Shown: positions 59,929 through 64,000 of the stretch, piece after piece | How the letters are laid out: the number at the start of each line of letters is the position of its first letter | Numbering within the stretch: position 1 is the stretch's first letter | Assembly (NCBI GenBank): GCA_020353515.1 | Contig: CP070695.1 | Coordinates: 1,367,637-1,431,636, forward strand | Length of the DNA stretch: 64,000 bases | Reading direction: 5' to 3' | Source of the DNA: Candidatus Heimdallarchaeota archaeon | Lineage (GTDB): Archaea; Asgardarchaeota; Heimdallarchaeia; Hodarchaeales; Hodarchaeaceae | Made by a program: the position numbers and the translations under genes | The notes under the pieces: model-generated | Told to the model about the DNA's origin: nothing | Databases searched by the model: none | The model's input: only the letters and a program-made list of their open reading frames with translations

Positions 59929-60870
59929 TTAAGATGTTGAGAGACCTACTTCATATACTAATGTTTGAACCACAATATTGAAGTATTGAAGATTAAGCCC
60001 TTGTATGGTTTGTGTACTCCAAATGGATGTAGTTAATGTTCCTGATGGTTGAGCATTATCCCAAACTAATTCTAAAGCTCCAATTGAGCTGTCTTCTGGT
60101 AAAGTATATGGAGTAGAATAGCTATTATAAGAATGAATTGTAATATGTTGATATTGGCTTCGAATAGCTTCAAAATCCGCCGAAAGCAGGATCAAAAAGA
60201 CCTCAAAGCGTATTTCGGGATCTGGTTGGGTTGAAATAGTTAAATAAATAGATATTCGATAGTTCAATGTTACATGGTGTCTTCTATCATCGAGATGGCT
60301 TAAAGTAAGGTTAGTTAGATCGAGATAATCAGTTGAGGAAAAAGTACCTGAAACAAAAATTGGATCACGAATTTTATAGGGGTCTGGTCCTGTTAAATAT
60401 TTCGTGGTTCCACGAGGAATGACAGCTCTCGGACTGTTATAGGTCCAATCTAGCACTCCGATCGTTAGAAATCCAGTGATATCATCAGTTAAATCTTCAA
60501 ATAGGTTATATACGAGGTTTTCATCTTGATCAAGCAACCTTAATCGATAAGAATATCGTGCAGGATCAAATTCAACCCGGCCAGCAGGTTTATTAAAGAG
60601 AACAGTCCGAAAACCTCCAGGAGCACCACTTTCACTTATCAAGGATTTTATTGTTGTATCCAACTCTAAGAAACTATTACTAGTTGTTGCTATCGCTTCT
60701 TCACTCTGAGCCTGTTGTATATATGGGACAACTTGAACGAAAGTGATCATGACTCCTGTAATGATTAGACCGAATATGATAACTGTCGCTAGAACAGGAG
60801 AAACACCACGTGTTGTCCGAAAAATTGGGTTAGTTTTTAGTTTCAGGTTAGTGATAATAGCTTTATTCAA
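59929..60870 (-). CDS. Archaeal type IV pilin-like protein
   Basis: TTRG^VSPVLATVIIFGLII, the canonical archaeal pilin/archaellin N-terminus. Confidence 0.85.
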   Translation of the reverse strand: MNKAIITNLKLKTNPIFRTTRGVSPVLATVIIFGLIITGVMITFVQVVPYIQQAQSEEAIATTSNSFLELDTTIKSLISESGAPGGFRTVLFNKPAGRVEFDPARYSYRLRLLDQDENLVYNLFEDLTDDITGFLTIGVLDWTYNSPRAVIPRGTTKYLTGPDPYKIRDPIFVSGTFSSTDYLDLTNLTLSHLDDRRHHVTLNYRISIYLTISTQPDPEIRFEVFLILLSADFEAIRSQYQHITIHSYNSYSTPYTLPEDSSIGALELVWDNAQPSGTLTTSIWSTQTIQGLNLQYFNIVVQTLVYEVGLSTS

Positions 60871-61208
60871 GTTCGATCCCTTTCTATCGTTTTAAATGCA
60901 TAATCACTATAAACAAGTCATTCTTCACGGATATATTATCAAAGATGTAATGATTTAAGGATTTTTGTATTCCCCAGAAAATTACTACACATTCTAAATT
61001 AACTCTTCTAAAGGGCAAAAAAATTCTTGTAAAGAATTAAGGGGAAGCCATAAAGAATTTACTCCAAAGAATAGAAAAGTCTTTCATAAAATTTCCTATT
61101 TTGTTTTATTCCTCAAAAGCAGAAAAGATTTAAGGAGTTCATAGGTTCAAAAAAATGACTTTTCTCAATAATCCTATGAGAGAATCTCCCTCTAAAACTG
61201 GTATGATA

Positions 61209-62243
61209 ATGGCACCGAAGAAAAAAACTGAAACTATTGAAGCAACAAAAACAACAAAAGTTGATAAAACGACTAAAGCTGTGACATCCATTACGGATTT
61301 ACCTGGAATAGGCCCCTCCACAGCTGCAAAATTAGTAGAGGCTGGTTTCTCAACCTTAGAATCCATTGCAACTGTTTCAGTTGGTGAGTTGACCTCAATC
61401 GCAAGTATGGGTGAGAAAACGGTAAAAAAGATAATCGAAGCAGCACGAGAAGCACTTGATATCGATTTTGAAACTGCCAAAACTGTGTTGGCTCGTCGTA
61501 AGGATTTGGCTAAAGTTACGACTGGTAGTCAAAAACTAGATGAACTATTTGGTGGTGGAATTGAAACTGGATCCGTAACGGAGCTTTTTGGCGAGTTTCG
61601 GACAGGAAAAACCCAAATTGCCCACCAACTCTGTGTGACCGTTCAGTTGCCCCGTGAAAAAGGTGGATTACGAGAAAGTGACAATTATCCAAAGGTAGTG
61701 TATATCGATAGCGAAAGCACGTTTCGTCCAGAAAGAATACTCTCAATGGCAAGTCGTTGGCAGGATGAATTAGATGAAGATTTGTTGTTAGAAAACATTT
61801 TACACGGACGTGCTCACAATTCCGATCACCAAATGGTATTAGTAGAAAAAATGATTAAGGATTATTTGCCTACTGAGAATGTTAAATTATTAGTAGTTGA
61901 TTCTTTAATTTCACATTTTCGTGCTGAATATGTTGGAAGAGGGACTTTAGCAACACGGCAACAAAAGCTTAACCAACACATCCACACCATTCTCCGAGCT
62001 GCAGAAATTGGGAATCTAGCTGTCATTGTCACAAATCAAGTCCATGCCAAACCTGACCAATTTTTCGGAGATCCCACCCATCCAGTAGGAGGACATATCG
62101 TTGCTCATGCAGCGCAAACGCGGGTATACCTTCGTAAATCAAAAGGTGAACGTAGAATAGCCCGAATAGTTGATAGTCCTCTCCTTCCTGAAAACGAAGC
62201 AGTCTTTGGATTAGCGGAAAATGGGATTATAGATGTAACATAA
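61209..62243 (+). CDS. radA: DNA repair and recombination protein RadA
   Basis: Hh[33 protein letters not shown]...HFRAEY.GRG.LA.RQQ, GGHIVAH. Confidence 0.96.
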   Translation: MAPKKKTETIEATKTTKVDKTTKAVTSITDLPGIGPSTAAKLVEAGFSTLESIATVSVGELTSIASMGEKTVKKIIEAAREALDIDFETAKTVLARRKDLAKVTTGSQKLDELFGGGIETGSVTELFGEFRTGKTQIAHQLCVTVQLPREKGGLRESDNYPKVVYIDSESTFRPERILSMASRWQDELDEDLLLENILHGRAHNSDHQMVLVEKMIKDYLPTENVKLLVVDSLISHFRAEYVGRGTLATRQQKLNQHIHTILRAAEIGNLAVIVTNQVHAKPDQFFGDPTHPVGGHIVAHAAQTRVYLRKSKGERRIARIVDSPLLPENEAVFGLAENGIIDVT

Positions 62244-62308
62244 TCAAATTTTTATATTTAAATTGTAAAAAAAAGACGATAGATCAAATATAGTATGTAT
62301 CCACATAC

Positions 62309-62527
62309 ATGCAGGATACAACAAAAGAGCATCTCAGATATTATCCGATATATTATGAGGAAGGCGAAACATGGATATTTAATGAAACATATGAATTATA
62401 TGGGCACAATAATAGTGATCCTGACGCAGGGTATATTATGATAGGGAGCACTCCTCACAATTGGTATTTACATCCTGACACAGAGAATAGAGTGACAACC
62501 TATATTGATATTTACGATGGATTCTAA
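62309..62527 (+). CDS. Short hypothetical ORF, possibly a gene fragment
   Basis: 72-aa aromatic-rich ORF with no recognisable motif. Confidence 0.25.
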   Translation: MQDTTKEHLRYYPIYYEEGETWIFNETYELYGHNNSDPDAGYIMIGSTPHNWYLHPDTENRVTTYIDIYDGF

Positions 62528-62615
62528 GATGAGAACTATATCCCTGACTTTTTTTTCTAAACAATTTTGTACCAAGAGATATGATAAATATGAGAAAATA
62601 GAAAGGAGAAATATT

Positions 62616-63275
62616 ATGTAATCACTTCAAGAAAAGAGTAACAATAGGTCAAGAATCTTTCTGGAGATCTGTTTAATTTTTGTCATAATTCTACTTTTTT
62701 TTAGTACTCCCCTACAAGTTGGTTCAACACAAAATAGAGTTTTATTGATTGATGAAGAGGGGATATTTAGCTTATCAAACACTTCAGATCGGTATATCTT
62801 ATTCAAGGAGACAATATATGCAAATGAAAGACATATTGGTACCACTTGGAACCTAACTATTGAGATTTCGAGTAATTCTAGTACTGGAGTGAAGTTCTCA
62901 TTTGAGAGTCAAGCTACAGACTGGTTTGAAGGCATTAAGGAATTCCAAGTGGACCCCAACAAGGCTCGTTCGGAGGTATATATTGCGCATTGCACATCTG
63001 ATGAAACACCAGGCTTTAATTTCCTATATTCTTTACTTAGTCCTGAAAAAAATGCTAGTGGAATATATAAAATCGAGAGAATTCATCCTGGGTATCTTTT
63101 GGATGAGGGGTCGGATCAATCATGTGTTTGGGATATTTCTGCGTGGTTAAAGCGAACTATTTCTACTTCATACTCATCTATTGGATCTAGTCAAGCTGTA
63201 CCAAGTTTAACTTTCATTCTTTGTCTTATTACACTAGTCTATGTAGACTTAATTACTGGTAAAAAAAAGGCGTAA
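62616..63275 (+). pseudogene. Secreted, C-terminally anchored protein with a nonsense codon at position 2
   Basis: GGAG SD-like site then ATG-TAA at 62616-62621, in frame with a signal-peptide-like segment and the 62745 ORF; C-terminal VPSLTFILCLITLVYV..GKKKA anchor. Confidence 0.55.
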
Positions 63276-63434
63276 AAATGCTGGTAGATAAAGAATTCTC
63301 CTATTCTGAATGCAAACTTCTACAAAAATGTTCGTTTCATTCATTAAATGATCCAAGCATGTGAACTGCTGAAATACGTGATGATCGAATTTCTGAATGG
63401 CGAGTTTACTGGTTAGATCAGAGGGATTGAAAAA

Positions 63435-64000
63435 TTGTTTGAATATTGTTGTCACTACCTTAGTATAAATACGAAGAAGATTTTTATTGTTCTTCTTTGC
63501 TCTTTTCTACTCTGTAGAAGCTCCCCCAACATAAATTTTGCGTTAGGTCACTCCCCAGAGCCTACATCAGAAACTTATCCAGTCATTGATCCAGATTACT
63601 ACACCGTTAATGTCAGATCAGGAGAAAAAAGGAGTTATAATATCACTCGATTCATTAAGCTGCAGTCTAATGGAACATATATTCGAGAGGGTAAGATAAA
63701 TGTATTGGAATTTGACCAAGTTAAAGAAGGACAGACCTTAGTCGTAAAAGTTACGAAATCGTCAAATGAGATCATCCAATATGAGATCTCAATCCAATTC
63801 GATAATAATACTCTTTTAACTGGTCCTAAATCTACAATCTATAGAAGTAACGGCATGAAGAATGATTTTCGTTTCATAACGACTACCAACCAGACGCTAA
63901 TTGAACAATGGGTCGAGAAAGATTCAAATACTCAATATAACATCACATCAGATTTTTTCTCTATTAAATTTAGTAATAAATTCAATACCTATGAATATGC
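63435..64000 (+). CDS. Secreted hypothetical protein, partial (runs off window end)
   Basis: Open frame from TTG 63435 to the end; KKIFIVLLCSFLLC signal-like segment; several N-x-S/T sequons. Confidence 0.6.
   Translation, partial: MFEYCCHYLSINTKKIFIVLLCSFLLCRSSPNINFALGHSPEPTSETYPVIDPDYYTVNVRSGEKRSYNITRFIKLQSNGTYIREGKINVLEFDQVKEGQTLVVKVTKSSNEIIQYEISIQFDNNTLLTGPKSTIYRSNGMKNDFRFITTTNQTLIEQWVEKDSNTQYNITSDFFSIKFSNKFNTYEY

Noticed and set aside
52967-60870. Archaellum operon
   Set aside because: No ArlH, ArlF or ArlG; two separate TadC-like genes and multiple GQ-type pilins fit a pilus system
1-64000. CRISPR arrays, transposases, integrases, rRNA and inteins
   Set aside because: No regularly spaced repeats, DDE/tyrosine-recombinase motifs, rRNA-like segments or intein insertions (including in DP2 and RadA) were seen

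Overview
AT-rich chromosomal segment of an archaeon, very probably an Asgard archaeon and possibly Heimdallarchaeia (inference). Archaeal housekeeping genes (aIF-2 alpha/beta, rps27e, nop10, GINS, archaeal ThrRS, Cgi121, Pop5/Rpp30, rpl15e, GatDE, RqcH/NFACT, RadA) are mixed with many eukaryotic-signature-like genes: roadblock/MglA, an ESCRT-II Vps22/36-like protein, SPFH, an E1-Ub-E2-JAB ubiquitin set with a candidate RING E3, a CCDC47-like protein and two Arf-like GTPases. Most notable: (1) a type IV pilus-like gene cluster running directly into a strongly diverged PolD large-subunit (DP2) homologue with an altered catalytic motif, divergent from radA; (2) a ubiquitin cluster with a winged-helix-repeat/double-RING E3 candidate and a BRE-like UEV protein, next to an ESCRT-II-SPFH pair; (3) two unannotated intergenic regions with extensive base pairing and pseudoknot potential (~9.94-10.26 kb and ~16.9-17.22 kb); (4) a tRNA-Thr(GGU) with two BHB introns; (5) inverted serA-like paralogues with identical patches flanking a beta-helix/TM/HTH receptor-like gene. 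No CRISPR array, rRNA or transposase was seen. All assignments come from motif recognition by eye; no database searches were run.
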